NCBI GenBank assembly: GCA_001599295.1
Contig: BCGN01000001.1
Coordinates: 310,001 to 374,000 of the forward strand
DNA length: 64,000 nt
Origin: Sporopachydermia quercuum
Lineage: Eukaryota
Reading direction: 5' to 3'
Shown here one piece after another: positions 48,998-63,042 of this stretch (its first letter is position 1; each line of letters starts with the position of its first letter). The translations under genes and the position numbers were made by a program. The notes beneath the pieces are model-generated. The model was not told the origin of the DNA. It saw only the letters and a list, made by a program, of their open reading frames with translations, and searched no databases.

Positions 48998-49795
48998 TTA
49001 GACTTGCGCTTTTTCGGAAGCCAAAACATTCACAGTAGTAATCTCTGGCTCCGATGCTTGTGTTGTACTAACGAATTCCGAAGGTTCTGTGACTTCAATT
49101 CCCTCTGCGGTTGAGACACTTCCTTGAACAAATGTAGGTCCTGTAGTATCGGTATCATCTCCAAAGCCCCATTGACTAATCATGGCAATAAAAGCAGTTG
49201 AGATTGCAACGTCAGGGTCAATTAGTGTCTCATCAACAAGAAGTTCAAAATCCAACCTAAATCTTCTCATCAATTTTGCTCTCGCTACACGAATCCTTGT
49301 TTCTTCGATACCACCACCGGGATTGATAACTTTTTCTAAATATTTAGAAGCTCTTGACCACTCATACCTTGCGCCATCATCCAGATAAAATGACATTGTT
49401 TGTCCTGTGATCCCCATACTAGGGATTAATCTCCGGTGCTCAATTTGCGGATGTTCGTGGAACTCAACATCTTTATTCCATAATCCAGTTCGGATGGAGA
49501 TTACTTCCCTTCTCTCTGGGACAGTCAAGACGCTCCAATTAGGATATAATCTTGTTTTTCTTTCAATAGAGTAGATCTTCGAAGAAGCTTCGAAGACATT
49601 GGCTACACGATTACTATCCCTAGAGTCTCTTCGGATATGGAATCTTCTGGTATTAGTTGACAATGGAAGAGTGTTTCCAATGTGATTATTCCAATGTGAT
49701 ACATATCTTCTTATTCCAGATATTTCTAAGGTGAATGCACCTATTGTCAACCCTGCACTGATGGCATCAACAACAGCAGCTTCTAAGATAGGCAT
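48998..49795 (-). CDS. Uncharacterised 265-aa protein, possibly a tubby-C/LURP-one-like beta-barrel
   Basis: ATG-initiated ORF with alternating beta-strand patterns, FYLDDGARYEW, and a terminal hydrophobic helix (IDPDVAISTAFIAMI). The fold is inferred. Confidence 0.8.
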   Translation of the reverse strand: MPILEAAVVDAISAGLTIGAFTLEISGIRRYVSHWNNHIGNTLPLSTNTRRFHIRRDSRDSNRVANVFEASSKIYSIERKTRLYPNWSVLTVPERREVISIRTGLWNKDVEFHEHPQIEHRRLIPSMGITGQTMSFYLDDGARYEWSRASKYLEKVINPGGGIEETRIRVARAKLMRRFRLDFELLVDETLIDPDVAISTAFIAMISQWGFGDDTDTTGPTFVQGSVSTAEGIEVTEPSEFVSTTQASEPEITTVNVLASEKAQV

Positions 49796-49920
49796 TTCTG
49801 TTAAAATTTAATTGATGTTGCAAATTATTCTCAATTGGTTACTACTATTCTTGATGAAACTTTGACAACGTATCCAGTTTCTATTTGAAATTCAAATTTC
49901 TTTTGATTTGTTTTGCTTCA

Positions 49921-49929
49921 TCGGCGGCT
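49921..49929. promoter_or_regulatory. URS1 (Ume6) site TCGGCGGCT
   Basis: Exact 9-mer ~125 bp upstream of the 265-aa gene ATG, in an AT-rich context. Confidence 0.6.
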
Positions 49930-50670
49930 GTTTTGGACTTCTCTTCAACAAATTTGTCTCACTATTTGTTTTTGAATGCAGAGAAAGAAGCAACGAGAAC
50001 AAGGATTTTAAAAGCATTTATAACAATCAATTTACTACACACAGACACAATATGATGTGTGTCACATGGGAATTTGGTATGTGATACACAGAATCGAGAA
50101 TGAAGTTTTGTGAGTTTGCTCAAATTGTATGATTCTCGTTCAAACTTTGCTACAATTGTAGAGAGTAGGCAGAAACTGCTTTGATTTACGCTTGATACAA
50201 ACCCATTTAAGTGTTTGTTACTCTGTATTACCACTCTAAATTTGGTTGATCGTCAGATGTTGAGCAACCAATATCTCACTCATCAACTTCGTTGTAATCT
50301 TGATGCTAAATAAGATAGAATTTCTAAATCCATTTGAGTTTGCAATTTGTAACTTTATTTCAAAACTCAAGGCTTATTTGACTATCAAGCTCTCGCAACC
50401 TCAAACGAAATAAATTGAATATAGAACTATATGAAAAACGTCAGAAAATGAGCTACAATATATATAAACAAATGGAAACAATAAGTTAAATTATTATAAT
50501 TGAATCTGAATAGTATAACTCCTTTCTCCTTAAAAAATCTAATTAGTTAAGCCTTCAAAACCGTTTCTCAGGCTTCAGCCCGTAACTGAGCGGTTTTCGG
50601 CTGTTTTTATTTCTGGTTTCAATTCCAGAAATTCAGCAAAACGATATAAAAAAGTTTCAACGTTAACTAT

Positions 50671-52380
50671 CTAATTAACGCTGTTTAATTTGTCAGACAT
50701 TTCAGCTTGTTTGATTAAATTGCTTGGGGCATCCATTTGAGGTAGCATGAGTTCCACCAATTGAATCTTGGTAGGATTGGAAAATTCACTATCGTGGAAT
50801 AACCTGTCTAGTTCACCAGTGGTACTAACTGTAACAGAAAAACCATCCTTTGAGCCAAAAGTCTTTAGAATGTCGGTATGTCTCCAGCTTTGAATATCAT
50901 TGTAAGAGGCCTTAGGACCATGAATCAGACGTTCAATAGTGTAACCGTCGTTGTTAAGAATGAAGAGGATAGGTTTCAAGCCCCATTTGATCATGGTGGA
51001 GATTTCTTGAACTGTCAATTGAAGAGAACCATCTCCAACAAATAAGATAACTCTCTTCTTCTTATCAATTTCTTCGGCAGCTAAAGTGGCACCAAGAGCT
51101 GAACCAACTGAATAACCAATAGAACCCCAAAGAACTTGAGAAATACCGGTGGTGTCAGGTGGGAATTGCGTCTGAACAATACCGAAAGATGAGGTACCTG
51201 TTTCGGTAATAACTACATCACCAGGACGTAACCAAGTTGATAATCTGGTCCATAACCAAGGTTGAGTTAATGGCTGTTCAGCGGCAGCAGGAGTGTTCAA
51301 GACAAACGGTCTTGGAACACGAACCGGCTTATAATCAGAAATGTATCCACCAATGGAAGCCAATAGTTTCTTGAGGACGAACTTCATCTTAACACCTTCG
51401 TAGGTGGCATTCTTAATCTTACAGTGGTCTGAGTGTAATTCAACAACGTTTTTGGTCTTATAGGAATAAGAGAAGGAACCAGTGTTGAAATCAGATAATA
51501 TACCACCGACACTCAAAACAAGATCAGCAGATTCAACGGCATCCTTTACTTCAGGATAAGACAAAGAGCCAACGTACACACCACCAAATCTCGGGTTGTG
51601 TTCATTGAAAGATCCCTTACCCATAGGAGTAGTGAAAACTGGGAACTGAGTGATTTCAACCAACTTGGCTGTCTCATCCTTAACATTATGTCTAGTAGCA
51701 CAGGCATCAACTAAGATAACAGGGTTCTTTGCCTTTGAAACCAATTCCAAAATATCTGTTACAACTTCTTCTTCAATATCTGGGTCATTAGGAGCCAAAC
51801 TAAGGTTTAATGGGGTTAATAACCTGGATTCTTGAACCGGTAGATCAACTAAATTTGCTGGTAAAGCGATATACACAGGTTTTTGATAGATATAAGCGTC
51901 AGCAATAACTCTATCGATATCTTCACAAGCATGAGAGATATCTCTAATAACGACAGTGGTCTGACTGATGTTCTTTGAGATTCTATGGAAAACGGTAAAA
52001 TCACCATTACCTAATGTATGATGTAACAACAATTGCTTGTTTTGTGAAGATACGGATGGGACACCAACAACGTGAACAAGACCAACATGTTCAGCGTAAG
52101 CACCAGCGATGGCTGCAACTGCAGACAGTTCACCAACACCAAAAGTAGTGATAATGCAACTCAATCTTTTAACTCTAGAATAACCATCAGCAGCATAACC
52201 TGCATTCAATTCATTGGCATTACCGATCCATCTTAAACCTGGGACGTTATCGATATAATCCAATAGGGCTAGATTGAAATCACCTGGTACACCAAAGATG
52301 GAATCAACCTCCAGTTGTTTCAATCTTGAGAACAAATAAGTACCTAGGGTAATTTGACCATCTGCTAATTGAGTAACCAT
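50671..52380 (-). CDS. PDC1: Pyruvate decarboxylase
   Basis: FGVPGDFNL, NELNAGYAADGYSR, TTFGVGELSA, LLHHTLGNGDF, SQVLWGSIG and the TPP motif GDGSLQLTVQE...NNDGYTIE. High-expression codon bias. Confidence 0.97.
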   Translation of the reverse strand: MVTQLADGQITLGTYLFSRLKQLEVDSIFGVPGDFNLALLDYIDNVPGLRWIGNANELNAGYAADGYSRVKRLSCIITTFGVGELSAVAAIAGAYAEHVGLVHVVGVPSVSSQNKQLLLHHTLGNGDFTVFHRISKNISQTTVVIRDISHACEDIDRVIADAYIYQKPVYIALPANLVDLPVQESRLLTPLNLSLAPNDPDIEEEVVTDILELVSKAKNPVILVDACATRHNVKDETAKLVEITQFPVFTTPMGKGSFNEHNPRFGGVYVGSLSYPEVKDAVESADLVLSVGGILSDFNTGSFSYSYKTKNVVELHSDHCKIKNATYEGVKMKFVLKKLLASIGGYISDYKPVRVPRPFVLNTPAAAEQPLTQPWLWTRLSTWLRPGDVVITETGTSSFGIVQTQFPPDTTGISQVLWGSIGYSVGSALGATLAAEEIDKKKRVILFVGDGSLQLTVQEISTMIKWGLKPILFILNNDGYTIERLIHGPKASYNDIQSWRHTDILKTFGSKDGFSVTVSTTGELDRLFHDSEFSNPTKIQLVELMLPQMDAPSNLIKQAEMSDKLNSVN

Positions 52381-52929
52381 TGTTGTGGAGTTAACACTAC
52401 TTTATTAGTTTAATATTATTGAATTTTACTTTCAATACAAAGGTTTGTTTGCTATGAAACGTTTTTTGTCTTCAGTCGTTTAAATGCAGATGACAACCGA
52501 GATTCAATTGTTTTGCATCAAACGTCTAATCGAAGTCTTTCAAGACACTGTTTATATCGAGTATAGATAAAATTACTGATTGTTCTTCTGGTCTTAGATC
52601 AATTTATATAATTTATATAACATAAACAAATCAATCACTAGAAGAAAAATCCGATCAACAGGAAAAAGAAAGACAACAGTCTATATATGTGTCTGAATTT
52701 CACCTCCCAACACGAACAAGGACGAGCCAGTTTCCTCTGTAGAAATGAACGCCCCAGTACAAGGGGACTTATAGTATCTTTAAAGTTTTTGTAAAATAGA
52801 ATTATACGGTAGAATTAAAAATTAATCTTATCCGAAAGGGGATAGGTGATGGGATAATATGGTCCCTAATCAGGGTAGTAATGTAATGAGTAAATAGATT
52901 TTGGAGTACAGAAAGATGGAGAATCTTGA

Positions 52930-53225
52930 GAATCTGAGTATTGGAATAGCAATTCATTAGCTTCATAATAAGACTAAAAACTCCTATTTTAATTCCAAAT
53001 TTATTCATTTTCATTGAACACACAATTTTGTTTTGATTTGACAACATGTTCAGAAAAAAACTAAAGTTAGACTTTGGAGTTTTCCCGAAAGCTAAATGAA
53101 CTTTATTCAGCTTATTGTTCCGTACAAGTGTATGATGATAACACCTGATCCTGCAATGCTCTCTTTCTACCACCGTTTATCGAATCAAGCAAAAGACAAG
53201 AGTTCATGGGTACTAGTATTTGTGA
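52930..53225 (-). mobile_element. Degenerate LINE-like RT fossil, domains 2-3
   Basis: KY*YP*TLVFCLIR*TVVER runs into track ORF 52802..53173, which reads LVRNNKLNKVHLAFGK...MNKFGIKIGVFSLIMKLMNCYSN. Consensus: YRP.TL..CL.K..ER / L..NN.L...Q.GF.K / IGVF.D..KAYD. Confidence 0.45.
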
Positions 53226-53857
53226 TTCACCTTTGCATTAATTGTAGTGATGAATTTATTGGCGTGAAAGGGAAAGAAAAAAAACAACAAAAAAAGTAGA
53301 ATCTAATGTGCTTTTGTAATAAAATAAATAATACAAGGACCTAATGCACTTACTTACTGATGCACAGAAACTTTTTCTCAATTGCTACCTTGTATACTTT
53401 CTTTTTGCGGATGAATAGTTAGGACTCATTCGTGAGGATGGAATGACTATCAGATATTTGACGTATTTAGATCATAATCATAAAAAGAAAAATGATAAAA
53501 GAGCAAGGAATTTAAAAGTACTATCTTTCCCTAAACTATTGTATATTTCAATATCACTGAATTGAGTTGGCTTCTACTGAACAATCAATATATTTTTCAT
53601 CCACTAACTCTACACTACAGTATGGTATCAATCTTTATTGGAAGCAACGAGCAGCACCATGGCTTTTTTATTTCAATTGACATTGATTGTCTTGTATTTG
53701 ATACGGTTGAATAATTTCACGCATTCAGTCCTTGCATTACAGTTATTTTAGTTGCAATGAGATGCAGCCTCCTTAGAATTCACTGTAAAATTAAATCATA
53801 ACTGTCTGTATAATATGTATACGTAAGGTTCTAATTTTCAGCTTTCCCCGGCAGCTA

Positions 53858-54160
53858 AGAATTAATAGTGCTTTGTGTATCAGACAAATCCAGTTATTCA
53901 ATTTTCTCATCTCGAAGAGTGGAAACGTCATCAAAGTAGTTAACGAAGGAAGGAACATAAGGATACATGGGAAGTCTATGCTACCTCTTACATCTTCCAA
54001 GTATATTACAATCCTCAACTGTTTATGCTCCCAGTGTACATCAGTAGCAGACATCAAAAAGAATCCTAGAAATACAACTAAAAAATGATACGTAAGAACA
54101 GGGATCTTTAATAATAATTGTTCAAGTCTCAGGGGCAGGTGATTTTCTACATCTTAACTA
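53858..54160 (+). mobile_element. Degenerate Ty1/copia protease-region fossil
   Basis: RINSA / VSDKS-LF / SGNVIKVVNEGRNIRIHGKSMLPLTSSKYITILNCL-(Y)APSV / SVADIKK / GD-FYIL, versus IDSGA..H...DKSLF...V.V.NG....I.G.G...L......L.NVLYVP....NLISV...G.LY.L. Confidence 0.5.
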
Positions 54161-54801
54161 ATCTCATGTTGAAGGTTGACGGTTGACATTGAGACACTGA
54201 TGTATATAGCAAAGCGTTTTCTGTATTTTTCACTTTCGAGGATTGATGCCTTCCTAATTGCTAAGCTATGCAGATAAAAGGGATAGAATCACTCTTTGGA
54301 TTACATGTATGGTGACTTTCCATGCAGAAACATACAGAAACATACATATAGAACATACTAAGTATCGGAAAAACCAAAGTCGAGGTGAAACACCGTTATT
54401 TCACGGTCATCTTGTATTTTTCCGGCAATCTACTGAAAATAAGTAATGTTATCTTCGAAAACTGCCTTTGCTTAGGGTTTAAAATGAAGAATGAATTTAA
54501 CACCGTGATTAGTAATGGCGATGACCTAAAACAATGTTAACTTGAGCAACTCCCAATTCACTTATCTAACCTCCAGCGGCACACCGTCAGTCAAAATGAT
54601 CCTGAAATTTTCACATCTAATCACAGATGCTTCTTTTAGCATATTCAATATATACTGAAATCAAGTAAGATCTCCTCAACTCTTCAATTCCTTCATCACA
54701 TACCTTCAACCACAAGTGTCCAATATCCCTTATGCAGAACATTAAATAATTATCTCCAAAAATTTTCTCTGCCGTCCTATCGTTACCTCCCAACAGCCNT
54801 C

Positions 54802-55190
54802 CACGTGACTGAAGTCAATGATTCTGAAGCATAATGCCGGTTTTGAGCTATTCACCAGATGAAAGAACATTTGTGCTTTTTCGGTAAGTCTACGATTAAG
54901 ACTAAATGTAGATTGGGATTACCTACCTATCTTCTAGTATGAATCAGGTGCAGAGCACAGCGTTGGAATGGACAGTGGGTGAGACTCGAAGCAAAGCAAC
55001 TAATTCAGTAAATACCAAGTATCTATAACCGTGTTTCCAGGCAAACCGAGTCAATACTGGAGGCAATGAGCCAATGTATCTATATTAAATGGTAAATCAG
55101 AAGGTAATAGTAGCTTGAAATTATGGATACTAAAGTCTAAGAATACAGTGCAATATCAATGCATAAAGTATGATCCGCCCAGATCACGTG
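54802..55190. promoter_or_regulatory. Two RTCACGTG E-boxes (Cbf1/Tye7-type) in the divergent spacer between PDC1 and the oxidoreductase
   Basis: CACGTGAC at 54802-54809 and ATCACGTG at 55183-55190. Confidence 0.4.
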
Positions 55191-55784
55191 AAATTAACTA
55201 CAGTTTCGAATATTGAGAAGCCAGAAACACTTCAGGGAGCCCGTAGAATTGGTTCCAACTCTCCTTGATTACTATTGCTAGAGCTGTCTATGTTTTACTC
55301 ATATTGAGCTAAACCTTAACGAATCACACAGCATATATGCCCACAGTATACTGCTTTTAAAAGTAATGACGAAAGAAAGAAAAGGGAATTATAAGATCAA
55401 TTCCTTGAATGTATCAATTAATAAATTAAATTGTGATTTAATTAGAATCCCTCTTTAATTTATCAGAGGAACTAACTTGTGAATGTAGATTCTCTGTTCA
55501 TTTTAAATCAATCTATCAATACCTCATTCATATTATCTTCGACATTGGTAGATATAACTTAACATTGAAACTAGTAATTAGTAATCAACCACGTTATTTG
55601 ACTTTTTGTCTTGAATATCAAACACCTAGAGATTTACTTATACTTACAAATACTTCTATAAATCCCTACGTTATTGATTATTTACTTCTCTCTATCTATA
55701 CTTACTACTTATTTATTTAGATATACATATTTCAGTATTTGCAGGAACCTAACTTTCTTACCCGTAGTTTCATCGCACACTACC

Positions 55785-56588
55785 ATGTCTCAAACCATAG
55801 GTTTTATTGGAGTCGGCCAAATTGGCGGCAATGCAGCTCAATTGGCTGTCAATGCTGGCTACAAGGTGGTGCTTAGCAATAGCAGAGGCCCTGATTCTCT
55901 AACTGATCTTGTTCAGAGTTTAGGCGGAGCACCAACAGCATCAGCAGATACCGCAGATAATATTACTAAAAACCGTGATNTTAAAACTGTAGTGCTTTCG
56001 GTACCTTTAAAAATTATTCCATCTTTACTTCGCTCATTAGGAGGGTTAAGAGACAAACTAATTCTCGATACAAACAACTACTATCCAGATAGGGATGGTC
56101 ATATTGAGGTATTGGATACCCGTCAAATGACCACTGCGGAATATATTGCTCAATACGTTGACAATTCTTCCAAGATCGTGAGAGTTTTCAATAATATCCT
56201 TGCTTCACATTTAAAAGTTCTGGCCACCAGTGACCCAGAATACCAAACCATACTTCCAATTGCTGGAGATGATATTCAGGCAAAACACTTAGCCAGTGAG
56301 TTCATCCATACCCTCGGATTCAAGACCATCGATGCAGGAACTTTGAGTGACACCTGGAAACTCGAGCCCCACACTCCTATCTATTGCGTTCCTTATATAC
56401 CAAAAATCCCTTCAAACCTCGACGAGAAACAAGAATTGGAGTACTTTGAAAATCACGCTGCTACTCCTCTTACTGTACTGCAAGCTCAAGACCTTATCAA
56501 TGCAGCTACTAAGGATACTCCTGTAGGTGGTACTGTCGGCGCATTTGCGATTAACCTCCGCAAGGCAAGCCAACAGGGACAGCGTTAG
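55785..56588 (+). CDS. NADP oxidoreductase of the F420-dependent (F420_oxidored/NpdG-like) family
   Basis: TIGFIGVGQIG Rossmann motif, VVLSNSRGPDSL..LV..LG, ILDTNNYYPDRDGHI..LD, IVRVFNNI, PIAGDD..AK, LGFKTIDAGTL..TW.LEP.TP.Y. ATG at 55785; the track start is TTG. Confidence 0.9.
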   Translation: MSQTIGFIGVGQIGGNAAQLAVNAGYKVVLSNSRGPDSLTDLVQSLGGAPTASADTADNITKNRDXKTVVLSVPLKIIPSLLRSLGGLRDKLILDTNNYYPDRDGHIEVLDTRQMTTAEYIAQYVDNSSKIVRVFNNILASHLKVLATSDPEYQTILPIAGDDIQAKHLASEFIHTLGFKTIDAGTLSDTWKLEPHTPIYCVPYIPKIPSNLDEKQELEYFENHAATPLTVLQAQDLINAATKDTPVGGTVGAFAINLRKASQQGQR

Positions 56589-56931
56589 TTTAGATAATGT
56601 CAAAGCCAACAATATCCAATATCAAACTCAGCAGGCTCTTGATAAAACCAAACTGATTCTCAGTGATTACTCCATACAGAGCACAAGTCATCTCTATCTT
56701 TCTACCCTTCTGTTCTCTCAACACATAAATATATAAATTCATAAATATAATCTAACAAGCATATTTTCTTTAAGCTGATTTCAGAACATCAGTTCTTTCA
56801 AATCCAAATCAAGCACCCCACCATCTACTTAAGTCTCCTGTTTTATTCACACTGGCTTCTCTTCTGTAAAGGTAATTAGTTTATTGTTGTACTGCGTCAT
56901 TTGGCATAACATCCTAACTTTAACCCTCACA

Positions 56932-57004
56932 AGCATAGCACAGTACAGCACAGCACAGCGGCAAAGAAAACCTAGCACAACCTAGCACACAGCAGAGCAC
57001 GCAC
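56932..57004. repeat. Degenerate AGCAC pentamer array
   Basis: agcatagcacagtacagcacagcacagcg...aacctagcacaacctagcacacagcagagcacgcac. Confidence 0.7.
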
Positions 57005-57437
57005 ATGGCATAGGTAATAAGCAAATCAGTTACAACAATTCAACTGTAAGCTGGAGATTAATTCACTTGGCAACTGATATTTCATTTGTTTATTCAATTC
57101 AACCCATTTTCAAAGTATAATAGTAAGAGAAAATTTCATTATCATTCATTAACTATTTCAACATATTTTGACTTATTATTTATTCCTCTGTATAATTCAT
57201 CATTCGCACGCTCTTTTCACTGTAAACAATTCCAAGGTCCTTCCCTCCTTCCCTCCTCCCCTCCAGTAAAGGTAAATGAAATGCTCAGAACTTATACAGA
57301 ACCGGAAAGTTAAAGTCGAAAAACTGGGAATCGGAAATTACAACTGGGTTGAATTAAAGTCCTGTGTTTTATGTAATTATTATTTACATGGTAGATTACC
57401 GTTTAGATTAAAGACAGCTTAGTGCCCTTGATTAGTT

Positions 57438-57463
57438 TTATATTATATTATATTATATTATAT
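57438..57463. repeat. (TTATA)n pentamer microsatellite
   Basis: ttatattatattatattatattatat. Confidence 0.85.
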
Positions 57464-58207
57464 TTCTATAATTCCCTTCAGTTATAAGATCATTCAAATT
57501 GGAAAAGGAATGAACAAAGTCATCGAAACTGAAGAAATACTTACTGGAGGCACGACTACTGCATTTACTCTGTGATTTCTGATGATTATTTGTAGAAATA
57601 CAAGTAAATCATAAGCAAAAAGGATAGAATATTTTGTTTGCTGTTTTCAAAGGGTGTAAATATAGGAACAACAACTATAGTGACAGTTATTATAACTGAT
57701 AAAGAGAGAAGACAAGTAAAAAAGACAAGTGGAAAAAGTTGTAGGTGATAAGGCGGACGAAGTGGAAGTGATCGCGGAGAAATTACAAGGAATCACTAGC
57801 GTAGAGCACGGGAACTGAGTATTAGAATTACGAACAGAGAAGCAAGGATCAAAGAGCTGAAAAGGAAGGATCTGAACTGAATTATTACACTGAGATAAAC
57901 TGATAAACTGTTTGTTTTTTATTGGAACTTTGGATTCCTCTGTTGGGTTTCAAACCTTTCTAGTGAGTTTGTTTTATAATTTGTTGATCAAACGAACTAG
58001 GAAACAACAGGCAAGAAGTCAGAGGAAAGATTTAAGAAGGGGAAGTAATCAAAACTTCAGGGAAAGCTTAAAACAATACTACGAAGGGAACTGCCAATTT
58101 CAGAGATCGCTATCTCTGTATTGTTTATCTCAATTCCATATCAGCATCAGTACTAATATATCTGGTTCTTTTGTTCACACATATCTTCTGTTCGTTATCT
58201 CCAAATA

Positions 58208-60670
<2,463 letters not shown>

Positions 60671-60970
60671 TTTTAAATGTGTAAGCTACGATAGAGTAGG
60701 GATAGTATATTAGTTGTGCGGTATTATTAATTTAGGAGTATGTAACTGAAGGTTTTCCGCTTGTATAAATGATTAAGTTTTGCGATGCCAATAAAATTCT
60801 GTAGCCTCAATGTTGATGAAACCATATTTATTATCAGATGTTTTCCCATTTTGATGTCTTACTATAATCCAACCATGCATACTTAATATGCTTTCCTTGC
60901 AAATTTTACTAGACTTAAAGCATACATGTACCAATTATATTACAATTGAATTAGCTATTTAACTAATCAT

Positions 60971-62416
60971 CTAAAATAAGGAAAATAAAAAAAAGGCAAA
61001 TAAACCACTAACACCAGTCAAAGGTTTAATCATCATGGCACCATCTTCGGAAGTCTCAGTTTCTGACGTTGTACTAGAAACAGTAGTGCTGCTTTCACTT
61101 TCTCCACCAGTCTGTAAACCGCTTGGTGAATTGATCTCATTGTCAGAGCTAAATGTTACAGAAATGTTGCTGATTTCATCACCATTAACATCATAGATAC
61201 TGTATTTGGATTTATTGGTGTCTAGTTGGATAATTTTACCACGATTAGTAAGACTAGTACCATTTACTAGTAATTCATCCAACCCACCTGGTTGTTCAGG
61301 TAATTGAAAGTCAGCGTCAAAACCAGAATATAAAGATTCGATGTATGAGGAAGAACAGTTGCTTGGCTCGTTAACAGTAACGTCGTCTTCATAAACAACA
61401 GCTAAATCAATCTTGTTGTATTGACTCTGTAGATTAAGGAAATCTTCTAACAATTTTACAGAACCATCATCTTGAATTTCAACAAGGCCATAGTTTGATA
61501 CTTCTTCATTATATTCATAAATGAGACCACCGGAGAAGGAATCATTCAAACCAGCATACAGACCCTCGGAGACTTCATCAAAAGTTCTAGGTGATTGCGT
61601 GTTACAACCATATTCAGAGAAGAAAACAGGAATTGAGGAATTTTGAAAGGTTTCATGCAAATCTTCATAACCAGAAGAAGTCCAGTCAGAAATACCAGAA
61701 CACCATTCATATGAGTTGAGTCCGAAGAAATCAGAGGATGAATTAGTATCACCGCACTGTAGGTAATCCCATGTGGCAATTCTAAGAGTTTTTTCATCAG
61801 CAGCAGAATATCCAACAGGGATGGTTCTATTAGCATGGTTAGCAATATATTGTTTCATATCCCTTTGAACAGCTCTAATGTACTTAGGGTCAACAGCTGC
61901 TGACTTTTCATCATTGATAACTTCATTGCCAGAGAAAAAACCTGCAACATTAGGATAATCTTTAAAAGCATCAATCACTTTAAAAACACGATCCAAATAC
62001 CACCAATTATAACTTGAAGAAGGATCATATCTGTGAATGGATTCATTATCTCCTGGAGCGTTAACGTCTAGGAAAACGTAGATGCCAGCATTATTAAGGA
62101 TTGTCATACATGCATCGTGATTCAAATCAGGATTCACAGTATAAACACGGATGGTGTTTACACCAAGCTGCTGGAGAACAAAAACATCTCTCAAACAAAT
62201 TTCTTCATCTGATAAAACATCAGATCCCGAATCAGAATCGTAGCCTGAGGATCCACCAGGTTGGTAATCAACTCCAATAATGGAGAATACTTCACCTTGA
62301 TCATTAGCATCTAAAGCAGGTCTAATAAATCTATTTCCCTTGATTTCTAAGGGAATCAACGCGTTTGCTAATGAAAGCAAACTGGCGGCGCCAATAAGTA
62401 AGCTTTTCTTGAACAT
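60971..62416 (-). CDS. GAS3: GH72 1,3-beta-glucanosyltransferase without Cys-box, Gas3-like
   Basis: GVDYQPGGSSGYD, GNEVIND, FFGLNSYEWCSG, FSEYGCN..PRTFDEVSEGLY, signal peptide and GPI tail. Convergent with SKY1, as in S. cerevisiae. ATG at 62416. Confidence 0.9.
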   Translation of the reverse strand: MFKKSLLIGAASLLSLANALIPLEIKGNRFIRPALDANDQGEVFSIIGVDYQPGGSSGYDSDSGSDVLSDEEICLRDVFVLQQLGVNTIRVYTVNPDLNHDACMTILNNAGIYVFLDVNAPGDNESIHRYDPSSSYNWWYLDRVFKVIDAFKDYPNVAGFFSGNEVINDEKSAAVDPKYIRAVQRDMKQYIANHANRTIPVGYSAADEKTLRIATWDYLQCGDTNSSSDFFGLNSYEWCSGISDWTSSGYEDLHETFQNSSIPVFFSEYGCNTQSPRTFDEVSEGLYAGLNDSFSGGLIYEYNEEVSNYGLVEIQDDGSVKLLEDFLNLQSQYNKIDLAVVYEDDVTVNEPSNCSSSYIESLYSGFDADFQLPEQPGGLDELLVNGTSLTNRGKIIQLDTNKSKYSIYDVNGDEISNISVTFSSDNEINSPSGLQTGGESESSTTVSSTTSETETSEDGAMMIKPLTGVSGLFAFFLFSLF

Positions 62417-62497
62417 CCTTTTGAGCAATCTTGCAGTATTGTTAAATAGCGAATTGCTTTTCCTGGATCCATCAAAAGGTACTAATGCAAAAAACGA

Positions 62498-62503
62498 ACG
62501 CGT
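62498..62503. promoter_or_regulatory. MCB element upstream of GAS3
   Basis: ACGCGT ~80 bp upstream of the ATG; TCGCGT at 62762-62767. Confidence 0.45.
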
Positions 62504-63042
62504 AACAACTGATGATCAACATAAACTAGCAACACAGGAAAATAATCGAACCTCTAACTTCGGTTGTCTATACTGATTTGAATACAGCTATTTAAGAACC
62601 ATACTTTAATCAAAACGTAGAATATAAACAATTATTAACGCACCATTACATAAAGAAGAGAGAAGGTATTTACCATTTGTTGTTGTTGAGAATAGAAAAG
62701 AGAAAGTAAAATTGTATTGAGAATTAGGTTGGAATTAAGGTTCTGAGAAGGGAGACTAAACTCGCGTTTTGAAGTAAGTTATGCAGAGGAGTTGCTTTGA
62801 ATGTTAAAGTTTATTAAAGAGACGAGAAATGTGACGATTGTTTATTGAAAGAGTTGGGTAAGGAAAGAATATTGACAAGATATTAGTATTGGTACAATAA
62901 AGAAATAGAAATTTATTGCTTAGGTTCAACCAATGTCGAGTCTAGAAAAGAAACTAATTTGCTACCACTTTGAAAGAGTAATAATAGTGTATAACAAACG
63001 CACTGAATTATTGGTTAACAATCGCATAAGCGATATAGTGCT

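Noticed and set aside
49962..50234. RT-like words on both strands
   Set aside because: The two readings are mutually exclusive and each is short.
55183..55300. CDEI-like ATCACGTG as a point centromere
   Set aside because: No >85% AT CDEII and no CDEIII CCG element follow.
55736..55767. CTAAC...TAG branch-point and acceptor-like sequence before the oxidoreductase ATG
   Set aside because: No suitable 5' splice site at a plausible distance.
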